The notes under the pieces: generated by a model
Seen by the model: the letters and a program-made list of their open reading frames with translations, nothing else
What the model was told of the DNA's origin: nothing
The model's database searches: none
Assembly: GCA_963841565.1 (NCBI GenBank)
Contig: CAWJCY010000006.1
Span: 288,001-352,000 of the forward strand
Source of the DNA: an uncultured Nitrososphaerales archaeon
GTDB lineage: Archaea > Thermoproteota > Nitrososphaeria > Nitrososphaerales > Nitrososphaeraceae
DNA: 64,000 nt
Direction of reading: 5' to 3'
Translations under genes and position numbers: made by a program
Part shown: in pieces, positions 54,105 to 64,000 of the stretch
Numbering within the stretch: position 1 is the first letter of the stretch
How the letters are laid out: the number at the start of each line of letters is the position of its first letter

Positions 54105-55070
54105 GTGGCAATTTATTATTGTATTATCCTTCTAACCGTTTTCTTTATTATTGCACCGGGCTGTTTGGTAATACACGCCTCTGGGAGAGGCGTGGCCCCG
54201 GAACACAATATTTCTAAAACTCTGCCCATTTCCAGTTCCAATTTATCTGATCCGATAACCCAACAAGTACCAAAAATAACTGTGGTTGCCTCATTCTTCC
54301 CCATTTATGAATTTGCGAAGCAAGTAGGAGGGGATAGGATAAATATTATAGCTCTCATTCCAGCCGGTGTAGAGCCACACGACTATGAACCCACGATCCA
54401 GCAGCTACAACAGGCAGAAAATGCAGATGTAGTATTCTTTAATGGTCTGGGATTTGAGAATTCCTGGATAGACAGGGTCACCAATGATAATTTGGTTGAT
54501 ACAAGTGCTCTCTCTAATTTGTCTCAAGGCAGCCAAATAAGAAATCCACATATTTGGCTGGATCCCGTCTTTGCAAAGGCCCAAGTACAGCAAATCGAAA
54601 AGGCGTTAATAGAAATTGATCCTAATAACAAACTATATTACCAGAAGAATGCGTTGAATTTTACAGATAAGCTAGATTCATTGGATTCCGAAATAAGAAC
54701 TGCACTTCAGCCCTGTGATAAGAAGGATTTTATTGCATTTCATGACGCTTTTGGCTACTTTGCCAAAAGGTACGGTCTAAGTCAACATAGTGTCCAAGGA
54801 GTATCACCAGAAGGAGAAGTTCTACCTCAGCGAATTGAGGAAACTATAAGATTGGCCAATGATCTTGGGCTAAAAGTTATTTATGCTGAGGAATTGGTAG
54901 ACCCTAGATTTGCTGAAGTGATCGCACAGGAGATTCCTAATGGCAAGGTACTCGTATTGAGCCCTTTGGAAGGAATTGAGAAAGACGAAGAGGACTCAGG
55001 AATAGGGTATCTTGACAAGATGGAACAAAATATTTCTAATTTGAAAGTAGGATTGGAATGCTTGACATAA
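54105..55070 (+). CDS. Zn/Mn ABC transporter substrate-binding protein (ZnuA-like)
   Basis: EPHDYEP, NPHIWLDP, HDAFGY. Confidence 0.94.
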   Translation: MAIYYCIILLTVFFIIAPGCLVIHASGRGVAPEHNISKTLPISSSNLSDPITQQVPKITVVASFFPIYEFAKQVGGDRINIIALIPAGVEPHDYEPTIQQLQQAENADVVFFNGLGFENSWIDRVTNDNLVDTSALSNLSQGSQIRNPHIWLDPVFAKAQVQQIEKALIEIDPNNKLYYQKNALNFTDKLDSLDSEIRTALQPCDKKDFIAFHDAFGYFAKRYGLSQHSVQGVSPEGEVLPQRIEETIRLANDLGLKVIYAEELVDPRFAEVIAQEIPNGKVLVLSPLEGIEKDEEDSGIGYLDKMEQNISNLKVGLECLT

Positions 55071-55867
55071 CTTCAGCTAATCCAATAGTGGAAATAGACC
55101 ACTTATATTATTGGTACGATTCTTCATTTCTTACATTAGATGATATTTCCTTTAGAATGGAACAAGCAGACCTGCTGGGGATAATAGGTCCCAATGGTGC
55201 AGGAAAAACCACTCTTTTTAATTGCATTCTGGGAATTCTGACAGACTATAGGGGTACAGTTAAACTTTTTGGAAAGGAGGTTATGAGGAATAGAAAAGCA
55301 TTGTTAAGCAAAGTAGGGTACGTACCTCAACATGCATCAATTGAACAAAGCTTTCCTGCGACCATAGAGGAGATTATTTCATTCGGATTGCTAGGATCCA
55401 TCGAGAAGTACAGTCGAAGTTATGCAAAGGACCAAGTGCTTAAAGCAATGCAGATAGTTGGATTAACTGATAAGAAGAATAAAAGATTCAATGAGCTATC
55501 CGGCGGACAACAACAAAGAGTCCTAATCGCTAAGGCCATGGTACATAATCCTAAGTTACTAATATTAGATGAGCCCACGAGCGGTATAGACCAAGAAACA
55601 CAGGATCGATTTTATGAACTAATTCGGAAGCTTAATGCAGAAGAAAAAATATCCATCATATTGTCTTCACACGATCTAGATGCTGTAAGTAAGCTTGCCA
55701 ATAAGGTCGCGTGCATCAACAGAAAAATGCATTTTCATGGAGATGCGAAAGATTTCTTCGGTGATGAAAACATGCTTAAGACTTATTATGAATCTGCGAT
55801 GCAGACGCATTTAAGGCTCCATCAATTCAACGCCAAATCCAATCCTCAGCAGCTTCCATCCTCCTAA
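55058..55867 (+). CDS. Zn/Mn ABC transporter ATPase (ZnuC-like)
   Basis: GPNGAGKT, GYVPQ, LSGGQQQR, LDEPT. Confidence 0.95.
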   Translation: MLDITSANPIVEIDHLYYWYDSSFLTLDDISFRMEQADLLGIIGPNGAGKTTLFNCILGILTDYRGTVKLFGKEVMRNRKALLSKVGYVPQHASIEQSFPATIEEIISFGLLGSIEKYSRSYAKDQVLKAMQIVGLTDKKNKRFNELSGGQQQRVLIAKAMVHNPKLLILDEPTSGIDQETQDRFYELIRKLNAEEKISIILSSHDLDAVSKLANKVACINRKMHFHGDAKDFFGDENMLKTYYESAMQTHLRLHQFNAKSNPQQLPSS

Positions 55868-55886
55868 AAGAAGTGGGTTTAATGAC

Positions 55887-56748
55887 ATGACCATTTTGGA
55901 AATTTTAGAGTTCGGGTTTATGCGAGCGTGCGTTAATCTCTGGCATTGCAGTTGCTGCTATATGTTCCGCAATTGGCCTATTTCTAGTGCTTAGAAAGCA
56001 TTCACTATTTGGAGATGCGATGTCTCACGTTGCCTTTGGCGGGTTGTCCATAGGACTATTCCTTAATTTATACCCAATATGGACGGCGTACGCCTTTACT
56101 TTAATTGCCGCACTGGGAATTACAAAAATGACTAATTCTATAAAGATCCCGCCGGATTCGTCGGTTGCAATTTTGCTTTCATCTGGACTAGCTGTTGGAA
56201 TAGTTCTGATAAGTCTGTCTGGTGGATTTTCTCTAGACCTTTTCAGCTTCCTGTTTGGAAGCATCCTACTGATTAGTACTCAGGATACTATTATTATTGT
56301 ATTTCTAAGTATTGGGATTCTTGCAATTATAGCAATAATGTATAGGAGATTAATGTACATTACTTTTGATGAGGAACAAGCTCGAGTAAGCGGGATTAAT
56401 GTAAAATTAGCAAACTATGTCTTCATCGTGCTCGCTGCAATAACTGTAGTCACATCTATTAGACTAGTAGGAGTCCTCTTGATATCTGCACTGATTGTAC
56501 TACCAAATATAACTGCAATATTATTTGGAAGAGGTTTTAAGAAAACTGCAATGATTTCAATAGGTATCGCTATTGTGTCAGTTGTGTGGGGGATTGTCAT
56601 TTCCTATTTAGCTAATGTCGCTCCTGCAGGTGCCATAGTCCTTACCAGTGTGGCTATATTACTGTGCACCATCGTTACGCGCAAAATTAGGAAATCAATC
56701 CGACCAAGGAAGCTGCCAGAGCCAAACATACAAAAGAGATCTCAGTAA
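55887..56748 (+). CDS. Zn/Mn ABC transporter permease (ZnuB-like), one +1 insertion near 55923
   Basis: MTILEILEFGFM then RALISG...GLFLVLR, GDAMSH, FLFGSIL. Confidence 0.92.
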
Positions 56749-57038
56749 TGATAAACATATTGTCCAATCAATCGTAAACAGATAAGAATATTCATGTGTC
56801 TAATTTGAACTGCGTGGCAAGTCGGCTTATTACCCCTCGAATTTAATTGCTGAATGATTACGGATATGACAGCTCACGAGTAATAGTGTTGCTTTCAAAA
56901 AATGCAACAAAGTAGTTAACGAAAAAAGATAGACTCGGGTATACGAAATTCTCATCCGTTACCTCCATTGAGAAACTTATCATATTCAAACCTTATTAAT
57001 CCTTGAATTGTCTATATAGGTGAACCTACTTTGGGGGT

Positions 57039-57371
57039 TCAATCGGCAAGCATATGATGGAAACACGAGCGCTCCCCTGTATGACAGGCTGGACGGTCAG
57101 ACTCAACAATGTATAACACTGCATCCAGATCACAATCCATACGTATTTCTTTGACTGGTTGTATGTTACCAGATTCTTCGCCCTTCATCCAAAGCTTGCC
57201 CTTCGATGTGCTCCAAAACCATGCGTTTCCAGTCATATTCGTTTTTTTCAACGCTTCTTGATTGACGTAAGCCAACATGAGTACTTCCTTGGTCTTGAGA
57301 TCCTGTACTACGACAGGGATTATTCCGTTCCTTTTTTCGAAGTTGACAGACTTCAATGATTTGCTTTCCAT
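57039..57371 (-). CDS. hisI: Phosphoribosyl-AMP cyclohydrolase
   Basis: VLMLAY, LWMKGEESG, DCDLD, ACHTGERSCF; ATG at 57371 inferred. Confidence 0.95.
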   Translation of the reverse strand: MESKSLKSVNFEKRNGIIPVVVQDLKTKEVLMLAYVNQEALKKTNMTGNAWFWSTSKGKLWMKGEESGNIQPVKEIRMDCDLDAVLYIVESDRPACHTGERSCFHHMLAD

Positions 57372-57778
57372 GCTTTGATATATCCTAAAATCAATTTGAA
57401 TGACTGCCAATAAATAACTAACTTTACATATTTTTAAACAAGCTTTATGAAGTCTGATGTAAAATATCAATCGGATGTAATATTATCACTAAATGATGTG
57501 CAATTCGTCTTCAAAACATATGTAACAGTGGGATTGCAGACATTCCTAGAGTTGAGATCATGACACCTAAGCTAGATTCGTAACCGCTCAATGGATCCTC
57601 TTCAACTTAAAGGGTATTATTATCAAATGTGAAAAACGGTATAATATTTATTATATAATCAAAATTGTCTTATTAATTGTAATTTATGAATAGCTTTTAA
57701 CCCGGCAGAGTCTTGATGGATCGAACCAATCCGCATATAGTTTAAATAAGATGTATCTCGAATAATTGCAGACAAAGT

Positions 57779-58315
57779 ATGCCAATTGATCCAGACTTTC
57801 CAAAGAATTCAAAGGTGATAGGTAAACATATTCTCGGAGATGGCGAGCAATACCACTATGTATGGGGGCCAGGAAGGACTGCTGAAGCTGCAGAAAATGA
57901 AGAAGTAAAGTCAGCATATACAGCAAGAGGAGAAGAGATAGTGCCTATAGGTGTGCACGGGACTATGGTAGCAGTAGACTGGGATTCATGCGTGGCCGAT
58001 GGGGCATGCATAGAGGCTTGTCCGGTTCAGGTTTTCCAGTGGTACAGAACTGAAAATGATGTACCTCCTACTGAGGTGACCAATGCTACCAGCAACGGAA
58101 CCGGTAGCGGTGAAAAGGAAGAGCGAAAGGATTATACTGACAAAGCTGACCCGATTAGGGAACATGATTGCATTTGGTGCATGGCGTGTGTCTCTGTATG
58201 CCCTCCTCAAGCAGTAAAAGTAGATCAGTCCAACCTGGAATTCCATGAGAAGGCATCAGGAACGTTTAATGAATCCCTTTCCAAAGGTAGTGCACCGCCG
58301 CCTCATGCGCACTAA
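57779..58315 (+). CDS. Zinc-containing dicluster ferredoxin (Zfx-like)
   Basis: PIDPDF N-terminus, GVHGTMVAVDWDSCVADGACIEACP, CIWCMACVSVCP. Confidence 0.9.
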   Translation: MPIDPDFPKNSKVIGKHILGDGEQYHYVWGPGRTAEAAENEEVKSAYTARGEEIVPIGVHGTMVAVDWDSCVADGACIEACPVQVFQWYRTENDVPPTEVTNATSNGTGSGEKEERKDYTDKADPIREHDCIWCMACVSVCPPQAVKVDQSNLEFHEKASGTFNESLSKGSAPPPHAH

Positions 58316-58546
58316 ACCTTAAATTTTTTGTTAGGAATTTCTTTGTAAACTAACTAGCTAGATTGAGCTTTACCCAAAGAATCTTGTTCCGTGATTTCGG
58401 TACCGAACATGATTTGCTAGAGGTCGATGACTTGAATTTCGCAGCTAAATCGAAAGTGATGTAGCATTACGAAGCCCACGTATTTCTGAAGTGTTATCCT
58501 AAATCAAAGGAAAGTGGAATGTGGAAAAAATTTCCAGTGACTTATC

Positions 58547-59143
58547 ATGATTTTAGCGAATGATTCCTACATGGGTATCTTTATTCCCAGTGATATTCAA
58601 AATAGAATACTCCAATTTATGGATGGAAAATCGACATTCCCATTCATTCGTGGCGATGAAATAGTAGGAGTTTTTTTTCTCTTCGGCAAATACGGCAAGA
58701 TATCAAATGAGATCGACATTCTGAATGCCAAGGATCTAGCCCGCAATGGAATGAACCAGATAACAAAAGAGGTCAATTTATGCAATTCCATGTCAAATAG
58801 GACAACCTTTGATTTTGTTAGAGAAAACTATACTCGGAGGGCATTGCAGATTTCAACTGATTTGAGTAATTCATCAAAGAGGAATAGCATTAAGATACGA
58901 GACAGAATTTCTGGAGACCCGACTATATTGATAAACTGCTTTGCGCAACATATTGCTTACTATCGACAGGACTACTTTTTTGAACTGATAAACCCTCTAC
59001 GACCGGCCCAAATTCCAGAGCATCTCAGGGAAAAAATGGAATTAAGGATGTTGTTATTGGGTTTTAATTCGAAGAACTTGGAAAATCTACCATACGTTAG
59101 TGCTCTTGTGCCATTTTTTGACTGGTTGTCGACGATAGCTTGA
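58547..59143 (+). CDS. Hypothetical protein
   Basis: 198 aa ORF; no family recognised. Confidence 0.7.
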   Translation: MILANDSYMGIFIPSDIQNRILQFMDGKSTFPFIRGDEIVGVFFLFGKYGKISNEIDILNAKDLARNGMNQITKEVNLCNSMSNRTTFDFVRENYTRRALQISTDLSNSSKRNSIKIRDRISGDPTILINCFAQHIAYYRQDYFFELINPLRPAQIPEHLREKMELRMLLLGFNSKNLENLPYVSALVPFFDWLSTIA

Positions 59144-59883
59144 GTCGCAAGTTCAATCTAGCATATAAAGATAAAATATCTATAGAAGAAATCATTATTG
59201 ATCCCAACTCATTATTTTCTTTTCCGATGATATTTTGATCGAACATAAAAACATGGAGTTGAATAGCAAGATCTGCATACCGTAGCTAAACTTTCAAACT
59301 TCGGAAAAGTTCTGGTACTCTTGCAAATTTTATGCTACTACAGATAACGTATGATGCATTAGACGAACAAAAGCCAATCATGAATTAATCATAAGACAAG
59401 TAAATTTGAATTCCTGTTCAGTTCGCTATTCTCAGCCAAACTTGCAGGAGAAATTAGACAAATTGACTTCAGATAGGACAGAATGCTTGTGGCTTCTCCC
59501 CACGTAGGTCATCTACCCTCTTACGACAGTACCGCTAATTGCTTTCTACGACTTGCACGTAACAATCATAGACCATTTGCATTTCGTTCAAATCAAGTTG
59601 GTCTAAGATTTCTATATGCAATTATTTTTGCCGTAAGAATATCCAGGTCATGCTCGCTACCACCACCTACCTTCTTGGGACATAAGGATAGGCTTTCACA
59701 TTTATCTATAGGTATAGTTATTATTTTCTGAATCGTGGTGGCTATTTAAGAGGAATCACATAAGCTGCGGATGAACGACTGGTATTTCAATTGCATGGCA
59801 TTTTTGCGGGGTGGAAGTCATGAACCAGCCCGTTAATCTGATCACAAAGAACATTAAGTACGTTTGAGTAAGGATCTGAATCA

Positions 59884-60315
59884 ATGAGCGTTCAAACTAA
59901 GTCAGATTATGAGATTTTATTGTCCCGGCTGCGAGATAAACTAGGGAACACTACAAAAAAACAGGCATCGAGACTCGAACTCCCTACTCCCCAAATAATC
60001 TGGGTTGGCCAGCGTACAATTTTTAGGAATTTCATGGACTTTCCTAAGGCATTAAACAGGGATCCCGAAAAGTTATTGTTATATTTGAACAAAGAACTTG
60101 CTTCGGCAGGATATATTGCTGGGGAGAGAGTCATATTTTTAGGAAGAAAGGAACCTTCATCTTTTGGAGCATTAATTGATCGATACGTAAAGGATTACGT
60201 CATCTGTCCCGTCTGTGGAAGCCCAGATACTAGAACTGAAAAGAGTAAGAAATTGGGTTTTCTTTTGTGCGAAGCATGCGGTGCGAAATCGTCCATAAAA
60301 GGGAACTATGCTTGA
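59884..60315 (+). CDS. eif2b: Translation initiation factor 2 beta subunit
   Basis: TIFRNF, LNRDP, YVICPVCGSPDT, CEACGA. Confidence 0.95.
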   Translation: MSVQTKSDYEILLSRLRDKLGNTTKKQASRLELPTPQIIWVGQRTIFRNFMDFPKALNRDPEKLLLYLNKELASAGYIAGERVIFLGRKEPSSFGALIDRYVKDYVICPVCGSPDTRTEKSKKLGFLLCEACGAKSSIKGNYA

Positions 60316-60634
60316 ATCAATAATTGGATATTGCCCACTGGTGGGCAGTCAAACGCCCTTTTGAGTACGTGATATAATCATCGTTCTTGATCGATTATAT
60401 TTTGGTTTGACTCTTTTTCACCATAAACTATTATACACGTCTATCAGCGCATTGCTCTTCCGAATTGCACAATCAAAGTAGGCAGCTAAATATTCCCTTT
60501 CATGAAATATCAAAAGTTCCGATGCGTGTCAAATTATGCCATTCTTGCATAACTATTTTTTGCCTGGTGCTCGCAGAAATTTAACATTGGCCTCTAAGTA
60601 CCGTATCGCTCTGTATCTCGCGATGACAGCTATC

Positions 60635-60862
60635 ATGTCTCTCAACCCTGGTGCGACCTTAGGCACCGAAACACTAGAATCTACGAATGGATTCTCTACA
60701 GGACAGAGTTGGGGTGCCTTAAGAAAGGCTTGGAAGGGGTACAGAATTGCAAAGGTTCAGGCAGACAATGCTAGAATGACGGAATATGCCACCAAGATAC
60801 GAAAGATTCAAGGTGAGCTAGGGATAACCAGATCCACGTTTCCTAATCTAGGCATAGCCTAA
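60635..60862 (+). CDS. Small hypothetical protein
   Basis: MSLNPG...LRKAWKGYRIAK...YATKIRKIQGELG; ATG at 60635 inferred. Confidence 0.65.
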   Translation: MSLNPGATLGTETLESTNGFSTGQSWGALRKAWKGYRIAKVQADNARMTEYATKIRKIQGELGITRSTFPNLGIA

Positions 60863-61001
60863 TCTACTTTTTTAGAATCCGACTGCTGCAAATTAGGCCA
60901 CGCAATTAGCTAACTAGAATATACAGTCGAACAGCCATATTTTTTGTATTAATCGATATGTAATTATCTAGCTTTTTCTGTAGGTATTCTTCAAGGTAAA
61001 A

Positions 61002-61658
61002 TTGAGCGTAGAGAATTGCGAAAAGGATAATGCATCCAGCAATGAAGGCGAGGAAGAGGAGGAAATTATACGACAACAACAGCAACAACAGCAACAATCC
61101 CCCCAAGAAGATAAAGATCAAGAGTATATTATTCACTTAGAGAATGAACTTTCCCAGGCCGATGTAGAACTTCAGAAGGCCAAAGAAGAAGCCGACAGTA
61201 ACATGAATAAGCTGCGATATTTGATGGCAGATTTTGATAATTATAGAAAACGGACAGAAAGACAGATAGAATCGAAGATAAGCCAAGGAAAAGCAGAACT
61301 TATTTTAAAGTTTGTTTCTATTCATGACGATTTATCTAGGGCGATAGAGACTGCGAAACAATGCAAATCAGATCAGGTTGTAATAGAGGGTTTAGAAGGT
61401 ATTTTGAGGAACGTCGAGACTTTGTTTGACGCAGAAGGTGTTAAGGAAATTGAAACTACGGGTACTCCCTTTGATCCCAATATTCACGATGCTATTTCAT
61501 TCAAATACGATGACTCTGTTCCAGAAAATACTGTGATCGCGGAAATTAGAAAGGGGTACATGATAACTGACAAAGTATTAAGGCCTAGTTTGGTAGAAAT
61601 CTCTAAAAGGATAGTTAAAAATAGCGCTATTGACAGTAACAGAACAAAAGGAGACTAA
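61002..61658 (+). CDS. grpE: Nucleotide exchange factor GrpE
   Basis: ADFDNYRKR, FDPNIHDA, KGY...VLRPSLV; upstream of dnaK. Confidence 0.96.
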   Translation: MSVENCEKDNASSNEGEEEEEIIRQQQQQQQQSPQEDKDQEYIIHLENELSQADVELQKAKEEADSNMNKLRYLMADFDNYRKRTERQIESKISQGKAELILKFVSIHDDLSRAIETAKQCKSDQVVIEGLEGILRNVETLFDAEGVKEIETTGTPFDPNIHDAISFKYDDSVPENTVIAEIRKGYMITDKVLRPSLVEISKRIVKNSAIDSNRTKGD

Positions 61659-61664
61659 GAAGAA

Positions 61665-63586
61665 ATGGGAAAGATAATAGGAATTGATCTTGGAACTAGT
61701 AATTCTGCCGCATCGGCTATGATTGGGGGTAAACCATCTATAATACAAGCGGCTGAGGGAACCTCTATTGCAGGTAAGGCGTTTCCATCTGTTGTCGCCT
61801 TTACTAAGGATGGACAATTATTAGTGGGAGAACCTGCACGAAGACAAATGATATCCAATCCAGAAGGCACTGTACCTAGCAGCAAAAAGGAAAATGGGGA
61901 CTGACTTTCGCTTCAGCGTCTTTGGAAAGGAGTATTCCCCACAACAGATTTCCGCATTTATTTTGCAAAAAATAAAGAGGGATGCCGAGGCGTTTTTGGG
62001 TGAGAGTGTAGACAAAGCGGTGATCACTGTTCCAGCCTACTTTAACGACAACCAGAGGCAAGCGACCAAAGACGCAGGCGAGATTGCGGGACTTCAAGTA
62101 GTCAGGATAATAAATGAACCGACTGCAGCTTCTCTGGCATTTGGGCTAGATAAGATTCAAAAAGACCTAAAGATCGTTGTATTCGATTTAGGAGGTGGAA
62201 CTTTGGATGTTACTATAATGGAAATGGGAGGTGGAGTTTTCCAAGTGAAGAGGTACTGCAGGGGATACACAATTAGGCGGGACTGACATGGACAATAAAT
62301 TGGTAGATTACATTCTACAGGAATTTAAGAACCAGTCTGGTTTAGATGTACGTAATGATCGTGCAGCTATGATGCGAGTAAGAGAAGCAGCTGAAAAAGC
62401 GAAGATAGAACTATCAAACATGGTTAATACTGAAATTAACTTGCCATTTCTCGCATATGATTCTGCTACTGGTCCAAAAAATCTAATACTTCAAATTACT
62501 AGGGCAAAAATGGAAGAATTGCTAAGACCTATCATAGAAAGATGTAGGGGTCCAACTATGCAATCATTACAAGATGCAAAGTTGACTCCTAATGATATTG
62601 ACAAAGTAATACTGATAGGTGGTCCAACTAGAATGCCTATGGTTCGTCAATTTGTTGCAACTGTCATGGGAAAAGAACCTGAAAGAGGTGTGGACCCTAT
62701 GGAAGCAGTTGCACTGGGTGCTGCAATCCAGGGAGCAGTTATTTCAGGCGATGTGTCCACAGATATATTACTAGTAGATGTAACACCCTTGACGCTTGGG
62801 GTGGAAGTTTTGGGTGGCTTAAAGGAAGCCATAATAGAACGCAATACAACAATCCCTACCAAAAAGAGTAAAATATTTACTACTGCGGCAGACTATCAAA
62901 CTGCAGTAACAATACACGTAGTACAAGGAGAACGAGCGATGGCTGCAGACTGTGTTTCTCTTGGAATGTTCAATCTTTCTGGCATACCACCTGCCCCAAG
63001 GGGAGTACCTCAGATCGAAGTCACATTTGATATTGATGCGAATGGAATTCTGAATGTATCAGCCAAAGATCTAGCAACGTCCAAAGAAGCTAAGATAACT
63101 ATCACTGCAAATACTAAACTCGGTAAAGATGATATCGAAAGAATGAAAAAAGACGCAGAGCAGTTTGCTGAGGCCGACAAAAAGAAACGGGAAGAGGCTG
63201 AACTTAAGAACGAAGCAGACAATCTCGTCTATGCCGCGGAGAAACTGGTTAATCAGGATTTAAAAGACAAAATAAAGCCAGAACAGGTAGAAAGAGTTCA
63301 GAAAGCTTCGCAAGAATTGAAGGATGCCTTAGCATCAAATAACAGTGAAATCACTAAAGCAAAAATTCAGGAATTAAAGAACATATTAGGTGAAATAAGT
63401 ACTGAAGCCTATAAGGCTACCAGTGCAGCAGCAGCTGCGGCAGCGCCTGGTGCCGGAGGCCAGTCTGGTCAGACTGTAGACGAAGGAGCATCTAGTGCGA
63501 ATCAAACTTCGGAGACTTACACCGGCGGCGGAGGTAGTACGTCTACAGGTACTCAGCAGACACCACCACCACCACCCCCTCCATAA
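61665..63586 (+). CDS. dnaK: Chaperone DnaK (Hsp70), two +1 insertions (about 61875 and 62251)
   Basis: [38 protein letters not shown] across three frames; span is 3n+2. Confidence 0.96.
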
Positions 63587-63648
63587 TTATTGTTCATTGA
63601 ATGCTACTGATAGGGTTACTCATGCAGATATGAATGGGAGACAAACAA

Positions 63649-64000
63649 ATGGCTAACAAACGAGACTACTATGAAGTCCTTGGTGTACCTAAGAATGCAG
63701 GGAAAGGAGATATCAAGAACGCATATAGAAAACTAGCACTGCAATACCATCCGGATAGAAATAAATCTCAGGGAGCAGAGGAACGCTTTAAGGAAATTTC
63801 AGAAGCATACGCAGTCCTATCTGATGATGACAAACGGAAGCGATATGATACATATGGTCATGTAGGAACTGAAGAGGTATTCAGAGGCTCCGAGGCCAAC
63901 TTTGAAGAGATCTTTAAAGATATGGGCTTTGGAGGATTCAGAGACATTTTCGAGCAATTTTTTGGATCTAGAGGCGGCGTTGGAAGAGGTTCATCGGATC
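63649..64000 (+). CDS. dnaJ: Chaperone DnaJ, truncated by window end
   Basis: [13 protein letters not shown]...YHPDRN...[13 protein letters not shown] followed by a G/F-rich region. Confidence 0.95.
   Translation, partial: MANKRDYYEVLGVPKNAGKGDIKNAYRKLALQYHPDRNKSQGAEERFKEISEAYAVLSDDDKRKRYDTYGHVGTEEVFRGSEANFEEIFKDMGFGGFRDIFEQFFGSRGGVGRGSSD

Noticed and set aside
60332-60347. TGCCCAC-TG-GTGGGCA inverted repeat after eif2b
   Set aside because: Short, single and with a 2-nt loop; at most an ordinary 3' hairpin.
61070-61100. Poly-Gln tract in GrpE (similar tracts in FtsY and the CDF transporter; poly-Ala/Pro in DnaK)
   Set aside because: Low-complexity expansions in disordered termini with no evidence of a shared function.
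788-63222. Many short antisense or overlapping ORFs in the ORF track
   Set aside because: They are shadows of well-supported genes and carry no motifs.

Overview
AT-rich archaeal chromosome segment. Gene content points to a soil-type ammonia-oxidising archaeon (Nitrososphaeraceae, inferred): EF-2, aIF2 beta/gamma, S6e, prefoldin-ftsY-argF, mpgS, zinc ferredoxin, cupredoxin, grpE-dnaK-dnaJ and two doubly intron-containing tRNAs. Most of the window is housekeeping genes. Eight genes are broken by nine single-base insertions, all +1, which most likely are assembly errors. The best candidate for an undescribed system is 20.4-27.0 kb: an arginase-family ureohydrolase translationally coupled to a stand-alone urease-gamma-like protein, a P-II protein, a divergent thermosome paralogue with a His-rich tail, and a Na+:solute symporter. 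This may be a nitrogen-regulated module for taking up a guanidino compound and releasing urea, with its own folding or metal-loading helpers. Other items: a CBS-HPF fusion (candidate ribosome hibernation factor), a SelD-like protein lacking the catalytic Cys/Lys, a NarX/PilJ-like sensor kinase, an integrase scar with a tRNA-like element, a duplicated RNA hairpin and a Lys-rich microprotein. All family calls come from motif recognition, not database searches.
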